This document shows, piece by piece, positions 18,411-27,015 of a stretch of DNA of 64,000 bases (position 1 is its first letter; each line of letters starts with the position of its first letter). Under the pieces are notes generated by a model that was given only the letters and a program-made list of their open reading frames with translations, did no database searches and was not told where the DNA came from. This DNA is from Candidatus Latescibacterota bacterium. Its GTDB lineage: Bacteria > Latescibacterota > UBA2968. The stretch is from the NCBI GenBank assembly GCA_965116885.1, contig OZ220741.1, forward strand, positions 3,840,001 through 3,904,000, given 5' to 3'. The translations under genes were made by a program, and so were the position numbers.

Positions 18411-20144
18411 TTACCCATCACACTTCATACTTTTTACTTCATTCCTCACACGTTCTACTACCTGATCCAGAGGCACATCTGTGCGGTCATTTTCATGTCG
18501 CAATTTCATCTCTATCTGTCCATTTGCCAGGCCGCGCGATCCCACGGTTAATCGTATTGGGATGCCGATTAAATCCGCATCGTTGAATTTTACGCCTGCG
18601 CGTTCATCGCGGTCGTCGAGCAAGACATCCAGGCCCGCGGCTTTTAGTTGCCCGTACAATTTTTCGGCGGCTTCCAGTTCTCCTGCGGGTTTTCTGCCCG
18701 TCAGAACTACGATTTGCACCTCAAAGGGCGCGACCGATATCGGCCAGATAATGCCGTGGTCGTCGTGATGGGCTTCGATAATACACGCCAATAACCGGCC
18801 CACGCCGATGCCATAACACCCCATGAAGAGGGGCTGCATTTTGCCGTTTTCATCCAGGACCTTCGCCCCCATGCTGTCGCTGTATTTTGTGCCGAGCTTG
18901 AAGATATTGCCCACTTCAATGCCGCGCGTGCTGTCGAGCGGGGTTTCGCATTCTGGACAGGGCATGCCTTTTTCTACGGCGACGAGGTCGGTGACGATGT
19001 CGGGATCAAAATCGCGTCCGGTATTGACGTTTAAGTAGTGATATCCTTCCTCATTCGCACCCGATACAAAATTTGTCCCTTTTGCGATGGCTTTATCGAC
19101 GACTACAATGGCATTTTTCACAGCCATTGGCGATGCATATCCCGGGACTGCGCCGACTGCGGTGATTTCCTCATCTGTTGCCGGACGCAATGCTTGCGCC
19201 TTTACCACGTTGGCGAGTTTGGTTTCGTTTAATTCGCGGTCGCCGCGCAATACCGCAAAAATAAATTTTTCTTCGCCATTTATTGTGCCGATTAAAAATA
19301 CGGCTTTGGCTGTTTTGCTCTGCGGTACGTTCAAAAACGACGCGACTTCTTCGATGGTTTTGCAATTGGGGGTCGCCACTTTTTGCAGGGGTTTTTCACT
19401 TTCCGCTTCAATGGCTTCCCGTTTATATGTCGCTACCTGTCGATTGGCCTGATAACCGCATGTATCGCATAAGAGCAAGGTGTCTTCACCACCCGGGTTT
19501 AAGTACATAAATTCATGCGCTTCTGTTCCGCCCATCATTCCCGGATCGCTTTCTACTGAGATGACGTGGTCACCCAATCCCGCGCGCTCAAATATTCGCT
19601 GATATGCCTCGTACATGCGCGGGTAATACGCATCTAAACCCGCCTGGTCGATGTGAAAGCTGTACCCGTCTTTCATCGTAAATTCGCGTACGCGAATCAA
19701 TCCGCCACGGCTGCGCGGTTCGTCGCGGAATTTGGTCTGAAGCTGAAACGCGCTCAGTGGCAATTGTCGGTAGCTCTGTACCATGTGACGCGCCAGGTCG
19801 GTCACGGCTTCTTCGTGCGTCATTGCCAAACACATGTCGCGGTCTGCGCGGTCTTTCATGCGCATCATTTCCTGGCCCACATCGTCCCACCGACCACTCT
19901 CGCGCCAGATTTCCGCGGGTTGTACTACGGGCATCGAAATTTCAAAGCAATCTGCGCGTTCCATTTCTTCGCGCAATATCTGTTCGATGTTCCGCTTCAC
20001 GCGCAATCCCAGCGGCAAGAAGCTAAAGATTCCCGATGCGAGAGAGCGAATGAGTCCCGCGCGCAAAGCCAACTGGTGACTAATGGCTTCTGCATCTGCG
20101 GGCACTTCGCGCAGGGTTTGTGTCAATAATTGAGAATAATGCAT
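18411..20144 (-). CDS. proS: Proline--tRNA ligase (bacterial type with editing insertion)
   Basis: KFRDEPRSRGGLIRVREF, GCYGIGVGR, KFNDADLIG. Confidence 0.97.
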   Translation of the reverse strand: MHYSQLLTQTLREVPADAEAISHQLALRAGLIRSLASGIFSFLPLGLRVKRNIEQILREEMERADCFEISMPVVQPAEIWRESGRWDDVGQEMMRMKDRADRDMCLAMTHEEAVTDLARHMVQSYRQLPLSAFQLQTKFRDEPRSRGGLIRVREFTMKDGYSFHIDQAGLDAYYPRMYEAYQRIFERAGLGDHVISVESDPGMMGGTEAHEFMYLNPGGEDTLLLCDTCGYQANRQVATYKREAIEAESEKPLQKVATPNCKTIEEVASFLNVPQSKTAKAVFLIGTINGEEKFIFAVLRGDRELNETKLANVVKAQALRPATDEEITAVGAVPGYASPMAVKNAIVVVDKAIAKGTNFVSGANEEGYHYLNVNTGRDFDPDIVTDLVAVEKGMPCPECETPLDSTRGIEVGNIFKLGTKYSDSMGAKVLDENGKMQPLFMGCYGIGVGRLLACIIEAHHDDHGIIWPISVAPFEVQIVVLTGRKPAGELEAAEKLYGQLKAAGLDVLLDDRDERAGVKFNDADLIGIPIRLTVGSRGLANGQIEMKLRHENDRTDVPLDQVVERVRNEVKSMKCDG

Positions 20145-20157
20145 GCAATAACCTCTC

Positions 20158-20655
20158 TTAAACCGTTTCGCCCACTGCCAGTGCAGCCCTTTGGATTACG
20201 CGGTCTCCAATATAATAACCATTATTTTTCATAATTCTCAGAATGGGTACCACTTCTCGAATCAACATTTTTCTTTTTGCCTGAACGAGAATACCCGCTG
20301 AACCAATAATTTCCAAATTCAGGTCTTCTGCTGCCCTTCTCGCCCGATGATCGTCCAGTAACAAACGCGAATTGGGCAATTGCTTTGCCAGTTGAATTAC
20401 TTCAGTTTCTCCAGGCCCCAGTGCAATGGAAATCAATTCTGTTGTTTGTCCCAAGGTCCGATGTTCAAGCCATGAAGCACGGTCTAAAAAGTCACGACCG
20501 GAGGCATTTTGGCCTCCGGCCAGAATTTCAGTTATTACTGCGGATGGTGCAATAACGCGAGAATACAATCTGGGCAATAGGTCGAGTCGGTTCACGCCCG
20601 CCAATGCAATGAGTGGGCTGGAATCTGCGATCAGAAACACGTCATTTATAACCAA
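20158..20655 (-). CDS. DUF3368 PIN-domain toxin (start uncertain)
   Basis: IADSSPLIAL, LGPGETEVI, LLDDHRARRAA, GSAGIL. Confidence 0.85.
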   Translation of the reverse strand: MVINDVFLIADSSPLIALAGVNRLDLLPRLYSRVIAPSAVITEILAGGQNASGRDFLDRASWLEHRTLGQTTELISIALGPGETEVIQLAKQLPNSRLLLDDHRARRAAEDLNLEIIGSAGILVQAKRKMLIREVVPILRIMKNNGYYIGDRVIQRAALAVGETV

Positions 20656-20893
20656 ATTCTGTGTCGAGTTGATCATCATCCAGATCAACAACAGGGATGT
20701 TCAATGCACTGACCTTTGCAAGAAACTCGGGCTTTCTTAAACCGGATAGCTCTGCTGCTTTGCCAGCAGAAATCCGACGGAGCTCAAAGAATTTCAAAGC
20801 CAACAGAAAGCGCGCTTCCCGTTCAAATACTTCGGGTTCTTGTCCAGTGATCAAGAGCAGGTCTTCAGAATATGGGATATTCAATGTTTTCAT
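20642..20893 (-). CDS. UPF0175 family antitoxin
   Basis: ISAGKAAELSGL motif; overlaps the PIN gene. Confidence 0.85.
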   Translation of the reverse strand: MKTLNIPYSEDLLLITGQEPEVFEREARFLLALKFFELRRISAGKAAELSGLRKPEFLAKVSALNIPVVDLDDDQLDTEFGYK

Positions 20894-21058
20894 ATTTTAC
20901 CCCGTTAGAAAGGTCTTATAAAAATATAAACAAATATTAGGACAAGAGCGAAATATTGTGTCTAAGTAGATAAATTTCTAACCGGTAATTCTGCTGCTGA
21001 CCGTCGTACAAATTTACCACCACCTGAAATTGTGGACGATTTGGCATCACATAAAGTT

Positions 21059-21772
21059 TCACGATGCGCGTCCAAGTGCGATTAACAGATCTGGACGATT
21101 CGAGCCGACGGCGTCAACCCCCAGATCGATAACGCGTTGTATCTCTTCAACCGTGTCGGGGTTCCAGGCGCGGATCAGGAGGCCGTGTGCATGGGCTTTC
21201 TGTACGAGTTGGGCGTCAATATTTGGATGGAGGATGTGTATCCCTACCGCTCCCATATCGACAGCCTGTTCACACGCATCATCTGGTGGATTAGACCACA
21301 ACGCACCCAGTGCCAGGCTCGGATTAAGCTGGCGCGCTTCGCGTAGCCGGTCGTGGACAAACGAGGTCAGAAGCACCTCGCTTTCTATATTATTTTGCTC
21401 AACCGTCCGGACGACTGGCTCGGCGGTGTCGGGTCCTTTCAGTTCAATCTGGAGGACCACTTTCCCGCGCACCAGGTCTATCACTTCCTGTAGTGTTGGA
21501 ATGCGTTCTCCTTTGCCAGCGTCTAACTGCTTAACTTCCTCTAACGTAAAGTCGGCGACTGCACCCTGTCCATCGGTCGTTCGATCCACGGTGGTATCGT
21601 GAATGACGACGAGGTGCTGATCGCGTGTGAGGTGTACGTCAAGCTCGATCTGATCGACGCCGAGATCTATTGCTTTTTGCATAGATAGTAACGTATTTTC
21701 AGGTTCAAGTTCTGCTGCTCCCCGGTGTCCTGTAAGAATCATTTGAGTCCTCTCTTTCATAAATTTATTCAA
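21059..21772 (-). CDS. Glycerophosphodiester phosphodiesterase family protein
   Basis: GHRGA..PENT, ELDVH, HDTTVDRTT, IELK. Confidence 0.92.
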   Translation of the reverse strand: MNKFMKERTQMILTGHRGAAELEPENTLLSMQKAIDLGVDQIELDVHLTRDQHLVVIHDTTVDRTTDGQGAVADFTLEEVKQLDAGKGERIPTLQEVIDLVRGKVVLQIELKGPDTAEPVVRTVEQNNIESEVLLTSFVHDRLREARQLNPSLALGALWSNPPDDACEQAVDMGAVGIHILHPNIDAQLVQKAHAHGLLIRAWNPDTVEEIQRVIDLGVDAVGSNRPDLLIALGRAS

Positions 21773-22580
21773 TTTCGACGACTAATCCATCTTCGCCTAC
21801 CACGACTTCGCCGCCGTAGTTTTTCCGAATCTGGTCGCCCATGCGATGCACAGCTTGTAGATCGCCCGTGATATCTTCGATTACCAGATGCTTGATCATC
21901 ACGCGCTTGACATTGGCTTCGGTTGCGATTTCTGCGATTTCTGGCGGTGTAATATGCCACGATCCCCAGGGTTGGGTCGCCAAAAATTCAGCGGTGCCCG
22001 AACATTCTATGGATAGCAAGTCGGCATTTTGACAGAATGCTGTGAATTCCGCATCGGGATTTCCATCGCCCGTAATTACGACGCGGTGATCTCTGGTATC
22101 GATGCGGTAGGCGAGTGTGGGGATGCCGCCGTGATCTGTGAATGTCGCGGATAATTGAAAGTCGTCCGTCGATAGAAATTCGCCTTTTTTTCCGATTTCG
22201 ATGACTTCTGGATCGAGCACGCTGTCGTCTTTTCCATGTCCAATTCGACTTTGAATATCTTGCTCAAAGGGTGGACGAATTACATGTGATACAAAGTGTT
22301 TTGTCCCGACGGGACCATAAATTTGAAGGGGTTTTTTGCGTACCTTTACCCAGCCGACAAATACGAGATAGGGGACATCGACGATGTGATCGAAGTGCAG
22401 GTGGGTCAAGAATAGTCGATCTATATCTTCGCAATTTACGCCTGCGCGCGCCAGGTTTGTACACGCAGACCGACCGCAGTCAAACATCCAATTTTCATTG
22501 CCGATTTGCAATACTTGCGATGGGCCACCGCGATTCGGGTTGTCCCGCACTGCGCCGCTGCCGAGCATGATATATCGCAT
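21765..22580 (-). CDS. MBL-fold hydrolase (RNase Z/arylsulfatase-like)
   Basis: THLHFDH, FDCG, ITGD motifs. Confidence 0.85.
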   Translation of the reverse strand: MRYIMLGSGAVRDNPNRGGPSQVLQIGNENWMFDCGRSACTNLARAGVNCEDIDRLFLTHLHFDHIVDVPYLVFVGWVKVRKKPLQIYGPVGTKHFVSHVIRPPFEQDIQSRIGHGKDDSVLDPEVIEIGKKGEFLSTDDFQLSATFTDHGGIPTLAYRIDTRDHRVVITGDGNPDAEFTAFCQNADLLSIECSGTAEFLATQPWGSWHITPPEIAEIATEANVKRVMIKHLVIEDITGDLQAVHRMGDQIRKNYGGEVVVGEDGLVVEIE

Positions 22581-22591
22581 GGTTAGATCCT

Positions 22592-23554
22592 CTATAACGG
22601 TCCGTTGACGGGAAATTCGGGTTTTTGTCCGTTGAGAACGCGCACGATATCCGCTGCGACCATTGCCATTTTTTGTATGGATTCAGCCGAGTGTCCGGAA
22701 TAATGGGGCGATAGGAGCACATTGTCCAGTTCGCACAGGGGATTGTCTGGGGTTGCGGGTTCACTTTCAAAGACGTCGATGATCGCCCCGCCAATTTGTT
22801 TGTTTTTCAGTGCGGTTACGAGAGCTTGTTCGTCGATAACCGGGCCGCGGCTGCAATTGGCGATGATGGCGTGGGGTTGCATGCGGGCGAGTGTGTCGGC
22901 ATTGATGAGGTGATGCGTGCTGTCGAGGAGGGGGACGTTGAGGCTGATATAGTCCGAGGTAGATAGGAGATCGTCCAATTCCACGCGGCGCACATTCAGG
23001 CGGTTTTCTTCTTCTGCGGATGCGGGGAATTCGTCGGTGTAGATGACGTTCATTCTGAAGCCGAGGGCGCAGATTTCCGCAAGGCGACGGCCTATGCGAC
23101 CAAAGCCAATAATGCCCAGGGTTTTGCCGATTAATTCGGGGGCGTGTACGCGGTCTCGGAGTGCCCAGTCGCCAGAGCGGGTCGCGGTGTCGGCTTGACC
23201 AATTTTGCGCGGCAGGGCGATGAATGACATGGCGATGTATTCGGCGACGGCTTCGACGGGAGCGCCCGGTGTGTTGACGACGCAGATACCGCGCTGGGTG
23301 GCGGCGTCAACGTCGATGTTATCGACGCCAATGCCGTGGCGACCTATGACTTTGAGGCGCGGTGCCCGGTCCATTACGGGTCCGTCGATGATGCCGCGTG
23401 CGCGTGCGAGAATGCCGTCTGCGTCTTTGACCGAGGCGATGATTTGATCGGGTTCAAATCCTTTCGCCCAGAGGATTTCGCAGTCGTTTTTGAGAAGGTG
23501 ATCCTGTCCACAGGGATGTACAGGTTCAAAGAGCAGGATATTGAATTTTGCCAC
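22592..23554 (-). CDS. D-isomer-specific 2-hydroxyacid dehydrogenase (SerA-like)
   Basis: GIGVDNID, GIIGFGRIG, NCSRG, SPH. Confidence 0.9.
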   Translation of the reverse strand: MAKFNILLFEPVHPCGQDHLLKNDCEILWAKGFEPDQIIASVKDADGILARARGIIDGPVMDRAPRLKVIGRHGIGVDNIDVDAATQRGICVVNTPGAPVEAVAEYIAMSFIALPRKIGQADTATRSGDWALRDRVHAPELIGKTLGIIGFGRIGRRLAEICALGFRMNVIYTDEFPASAEEENRLNVRRVELDDLLSTSDYISLNVPLLDSTHHLINADTLARMQPHAIIANCSRGPVIDEQALVTALKNKQIGGAIIDVFESEPATPDNPLCELDNVLLSPHYSGHSAESIQKMAMVAADIVRVLNGQKPEFPVNGPL

Positions 23555-23650
23555 AGTGCGTCCTTTCTATTGTTGTTTTTGTGAAAATATAGTGTATATC
23601 CGGAGTGTGATTTTGTCAAGGTGTGAGGGTTTTATTTTTTATATTCTATC

Positions 23651-23679
23651 TTGCTTCATTTTTGGGTTTTGTATATATT
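23651..23679 (+). promoter_or_regulatory. Sigma70-type promoter of tRNA-Glu
   Basis: TTGCTT-N17-TATATT. Confidence 0.6.
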
Positions 23680-23695
23680 TCTCTTTCTATGAGGC

Positions 23696-23770
23696 GACCC
23701 CGTCGTTCAGTGGTTAGGACTCCGGGTTTTCATCCCGGCAACGGGGGTTCGATTCCCCTCGGGGTCGCCA
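23696..23770 (+). tRNA. tRNA-Glu(TTC)
   Basis: Acceptor GACCCCG/CGGGGTC, anticodon arm CCGGG-TTTTCAT-CCCGG, CCA. Confidence 0.97.
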
Positions 23771-23792
23771 TTTACATTAAGTGTATTATTCA

Positions 23793-23822
23793 AAGGGTCG
23801 TGATCTCACGACCCTTATTTTA
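23793..23822 (+). terminator. Rho-independent terminator after tRNA-Glu
   Basis: AAGGGTCGTGA-TC-TCACGACCCTT followed by ATTTTT-like tail. Confidence 0.7.
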
Positions 23823-23887
23823 TTGGTGGATGAATGAGATATAAAGACTATATTGGGGAATCGACAATAGTAGCCCATCTATACAAT

Positions 23888-23914
23888 GTAGGGGCGGTGC
23901 CCCTGTGCCCGCCC
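23888..23914 (+). repeat. GTAG-type REP element
   Basis: GTAGGGGCGGTGCCCCTGTGCCCGCCC. Confidence 0.7.
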
Positions 23915-23951
23915 GTTGGGTAGCGAGGCGGGAATAGAGAAAGGAGTTCTT

Positions 23952-25085
23952 TTGACAATTACACCTCTTCTTTCACCCGATGCTTTTGAAGGTATTGAAG
24001 GCATGACCCACCTGTGTACGGGGGGTGAATCTCCGTGGCTCAAAAGCCAGGCCGGGGTATATGCCGATTTTGCCAGATTTAAGGGTGGGTCGCACAAGGG
24101 CCGCGATAAAATTTACGACCGCGGGGAACGTTGCCGCAGGCGCATGGGGCAGCTCTGGAATGTGCCTGCTAATTGCATCGCGTTTATGCCTTCTGCTGCC
24201 GAGGGCATGGGCTGGTTTTCGCGGGGGTTGGACTGGCAGCCCGGCGATAATGTCGTGACCAATAATCTCGAGTTTCCCTCTGTGGCGTATGCGTGGAAGC
24301 ATCTGCGATCCAGGGGCGTTGAGGTCCGTCTGGTGCCGCATAAACAATGGCGGGTGCGCGAAGAAGACCTCCTCGACGCTGTTGATTCTCGCACGCGCGT
24401 TCTCGCTGTTAGCCATGTGGGGTTTTACACGGGGCAGTGTTTAAATTTGGCACAACTCTCTGAGGGTGCATGGAAAAAAGGCGCGTTATTCGCCGTTGAT
24501 GCCACACATTCTTCGGGTGTTTTGCGCGTGCCAGTGCAGTTGACGGATCTGACGGTGAGCAGCAGTTACAAATGGCTTTTGGCGACGCACGGCACAGCGC
24601 CTTGTTATTTGAGCGAACGGGCAGAAGATCAGGTGGCTTCGACGTGTTTTGGCTGGCACAATCTCAAAGTGTGGCCCGAACAAACCGCCGAGCGCGATCC
24701 CGAAGTCGCCGAGCAACCGATGCCGGAAAAACTCGAACCCGGGAATCCGGCTATGCAGGTGATTATGCACCTGGATCACGCGCTGGGTGTGATTTTAGAT
24801 ATTGGTCCCGAGAAGATTGAAAATCACGCACGCGATTTGTCCGAGTTGGTGTCTCGAGGGCTTGCGAAGTTGGGTTATGAGGTCATTTCGCCAAATAATC
24901 GAGAAGCGCGGTCGGGGAATACTTGCTTCGCGTGTGAGGATGGCCGCGAGATGGTCTATTTCCTTGAAGAGCACAATGTTTTTTGCTGGGGCGAGTTTGG
25001 GCGGGTGCGCGTTTCCACGCATTTGTACAATGGTAGCGATGATGTGGCGCGATTGCTCGATGCGCTGAATGAGGTGGGAAAATGA
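23952..25085 (+). CDS. Class V PLP-dependent aminotransferase (cysteine desulfurase-like fold)
   Basis: LEFPSV, VDATHS, SSYKWL, RVSTHLYN; TTG start after AAGGAG. Confidence 0.85.
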   Translation: MTITPLLSPDAFEGIEGMTHLCTGGESPWLKSQAGVYADFARFKGGSHKGRDKIYDRGERCRRRMGQLWNVPANCIAFMPSAAEGMGWFSRGLDWQPGDNVVTNNLEFPSVAYAWKHLRSRGVEVRLVPHKQWRVREEDLLDAVDSRTRVLAVSHVGFYTGQCLNLAQLSEGAWKKGALFAVDATHSSGVLRVPVQLTDLTVSSSYKWLLATHGTAPCYLSERAEDQVASTCFGWHNLKVWPEQTAERDPEVAEQPMPEKLEPGNPAMQVIMHLDHALGVILDIGPEKIENHARDLSELVSRGLAKLGYEVISPNNREARSGNTCFACEDGREMVYFLEEHNVFCWGEFGRVRVSTHLYNGSDDVARLLDALNEVGK

Positions 25086-25094
25086 TCCGCAGAA

Positions 25095-25190
25095 AAAAAC
25101 GCGAATGAGCGGTGTACAACTGGCCGGTGAACGAGCCTGAAAAGCGGCTCGTTGTACACCATCCCCAGGCCAGTTCATTTGAGCGTTTTT
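25095..25190. other. Intergenic element with four interleaved complementary segments (pseudoknot-capable)
   Basis: Pairs 25111-20/25151-60, 25118-25/25168-75, 25130-37/25146-53 and outer 25095-108/25175-90. Confidence 0.6.
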
Positions 25191-25212
25191 CGCAGATAGT
25201 CGCAGATAAAAT

Positions 25213-25237
25213 GTAGGAGCGGGTTTCAAACCCGCCC
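25213..25237 (+). repeat. GTAG-type REP element
   Basis: GTAGGAGCGGGTTTCAAACCCGCCC. Confidence 0.7.
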
Positions 25238-25260
25238 GTTTTTAAGAAAGGATATTAACC

Positions 25261-26091
25261 ATGATGAAATTGGGTTGTATGTCTCTGAGTTACAAAGATC
25301 AGTTCACTGCTGGGGAAATCGATATGGCGGGGTTTATCGATAAAGCTTATGATCTGCGCCTGGATGGGATTGATATTCACACGCGTGCGTTTGAATCTGA
25401 AGACCCGGCGTATTTGCGGGATATTCGCATGCGCTGTCTCAGGCGCGGTCTGGTGATTTCGTATCTCGGTGTGAGCAATGATTTTGGCAGGCCCCAGGAA
25501 GAGTTGCAGGAGGTGATAGATAGTGTCAAGCACTGGGTTGATGTTGCAGAGTTTATGGGTGTGCCACTCGTGCGGATTTTTGCGGCGTGGAATCGCAATG
25601 ACGAGCCTGAAGAACAGGTGTGGGATCGCATGATGCCCTGTATGGAGGAGGTCGCGGAGTACGGACAACAAAAGGGTATTGTCCTGGGCTTGCACAATCA
25701 CAATCACGGGTGTGTTACGCGCACGGGTAAGGATGTGCGCCGGATTCTGGAGACGGTCGATAATCCCTATTTGTCCCATATTCTCGATACGGGGCAATAC
25801 GTCGGATCGCCGGGGTCGAGTGGGCAGCGCGGGACCGAAGATCCGGCATTGGATTTTTATGGGAGTATTGCGGAGACAGCCCCTCTTGCCGTGCATGTCC
25901 GCGCAAAGGTCTATCGCGTCTCTACGGGAGAAGAGGTGTGGCTGAATTATCCGCGCATTTTTGAGATTTTGAATGGTGTGAATTACAACGGGTGGGTTTC
26001 GATCGTGTATGAGGGACAGGATGAAGAGGCAGAAGAGACAGCGGTTCCCAAAGCTGTGAATTATCTGCGGCAGTTCGTGCCGGGTGGGTGA
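25261..26091 (+). CDS. Sugar phosphate isomerase/epimerase (xylose isomerase-like TIM barrel)
   Basis: LHNHNH, LDTGQ, VHVRAK, GWVSIVYEG. Confidence 0.85.
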   Translation: MMKLGCMSLSYKDQFTAGEIDMAGFIDKAYDLRLDGIDIHTRAFESEDPAYLRDIRMRCLRRGLVISYLGVSNDFGRPQEELQEVIDSVKHWVDVAEFMGVPLVRIFAAWNRNDEPEEQVWDRMMPCMEEVAEYGQQKGIVLGLHNHNHGCVTRTGKDVRRILETVDNPYLSHILDTGQYVGSPGSSGQRGTEDPALDFYGSIAETAPLAVHVRAKVYRVSTGEEVWLNYPRIFEILNGVNYNGWVSIVYEGQDEEAEETAVPKAVNYLRQFVPGG

Positions 26092-26106
26092 GGGTGTGAA
26101 TAGAGG

Positions 26107-26928
26107 CTATCCATAAGCCATTTCGGGATGTTTTCCGAGAACGCGGAGGAGGCGTTCGTCTGCGCCTTCGAGGACGTAATCTGGCATGTGATAGTTGAGA
26201 TAGGGCCAGAATCGCTGGGCGACGAAACGCTGACCATAGACCTGGTGAAAGAGGTAGCGGATGCGGTCGGATGTATTGGGGGCGCCGCGGTGCCAGGTTT
26301 GGCTGCTGAGGAGGTAGAGGTCTCCCGCTTTCATGTGCAGGGATTTGGGACCCTGGCCATCGAAGGTCGGATTTTCCGGATCGTTGGGTTGTCTGCCCGC
26401 GTAGTGGCTACCCGGCACGAATTGGCTGGGGCCATACTGGTCTTCGTCCTGGTCTGTCAGAGCGATCTGGAACGACATGCGGAAAACGGGCATCCTAAGA
26501 CGCCTGTCATGGCTGCTGATATTGTCGTCCGTAATGGGAAATTCCAGGCTGTCATCAACGTGAAAGCGGTTAATGCCCAGATCTGTGCGGTTCAAGATGC
26601 ATCCCTGTGCCATGCAATGGCACTGGGCACCGAGCACTGTTTCGGCAATAGATATGATAGGCTCGCGCACGAGCAGGTCGCGGAACATTCGGTCGCATTC
26701 AAATAGCCGATGTACAACGATGGGTTCTTTGCCGTCGTGCTGTGGTTTGATTTTTACGTTTCGCATTTCGGCGAAATAGGGTTCTGCGAAGATTTGATCG
26801 ACGCGCCTGCATATTTGCTCGCATTCTTCCCGGGAGAGGACGTTTCGAATGATGGTCGCGCCGTTTGTGTAAAAATCTTCGAGAATCGGCGATAGTTCTT
26901 TTTCTGTAAAGGGTTCGTGAAGTGACAT
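26107..26928 (-). CDS. Phytanoyl-CoA dioxygenase (PhyH) family protein
   Basis: FHVD, VPGSH, WHRGAPNTSD. Confidence 0.85.
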   Translation of the reverse strand: MSLHEPFTEKELSPILEDFYTNGATIIRNVLSREECEQICRRVDQIFAEPYFAEMRNVKIKPQHDGKEPIVVHRLFECDRMFRDLLVREPIISIAETVLGAQCHCMAQGCILNRTDLGINRFHVDDSLEFPITDDNISSHDRRLRMPVFRMSFQIALTDQDEDQYGPSQFVPGSHYAGRQPNDPENPTFDGQGPKSLHMKAGDLYLLSSQTWHRGAPNTSDRIRYLFHQVYGQRFVAQRFWPYLNYHMPDYVLEGADERLLRVLGKHPEMAYG

Positions 26929-26948
26929 GGGGTATTCCTCGCTAAAAA

Positions 26949-27013
26949 ACGAATCTACGATAGCAGTTGGGTGGTTGGGCGGGATTCGTCTATTCGTCTA
27001 TTCGTCTATTCGC
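26949..27013. repeat. Inverted copy of the octamer tandem-repeat hairpin element
   Basis: Reverse complement reads (GACGAATA)n - CCCGCCCAACCACCCAACTG - GTAGATTCG, matching 5096-5191. Confidence 0.8.
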
Positions 27014-27015
27014 TT

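Noticed and set aside
20158..20893. UPF0175-DUF3368 pair as a novel system
   Set aside because: Common, well-known predicted type II toxin-antitoxin pair.
25095..25190. HDV-like or hammerhead ribozyme call
   Set aside because: Minus-strand topology is loosely P1/P2/P3-like, but P4 and J4/2 are missing and there is no CUGANGA/GAAA core.
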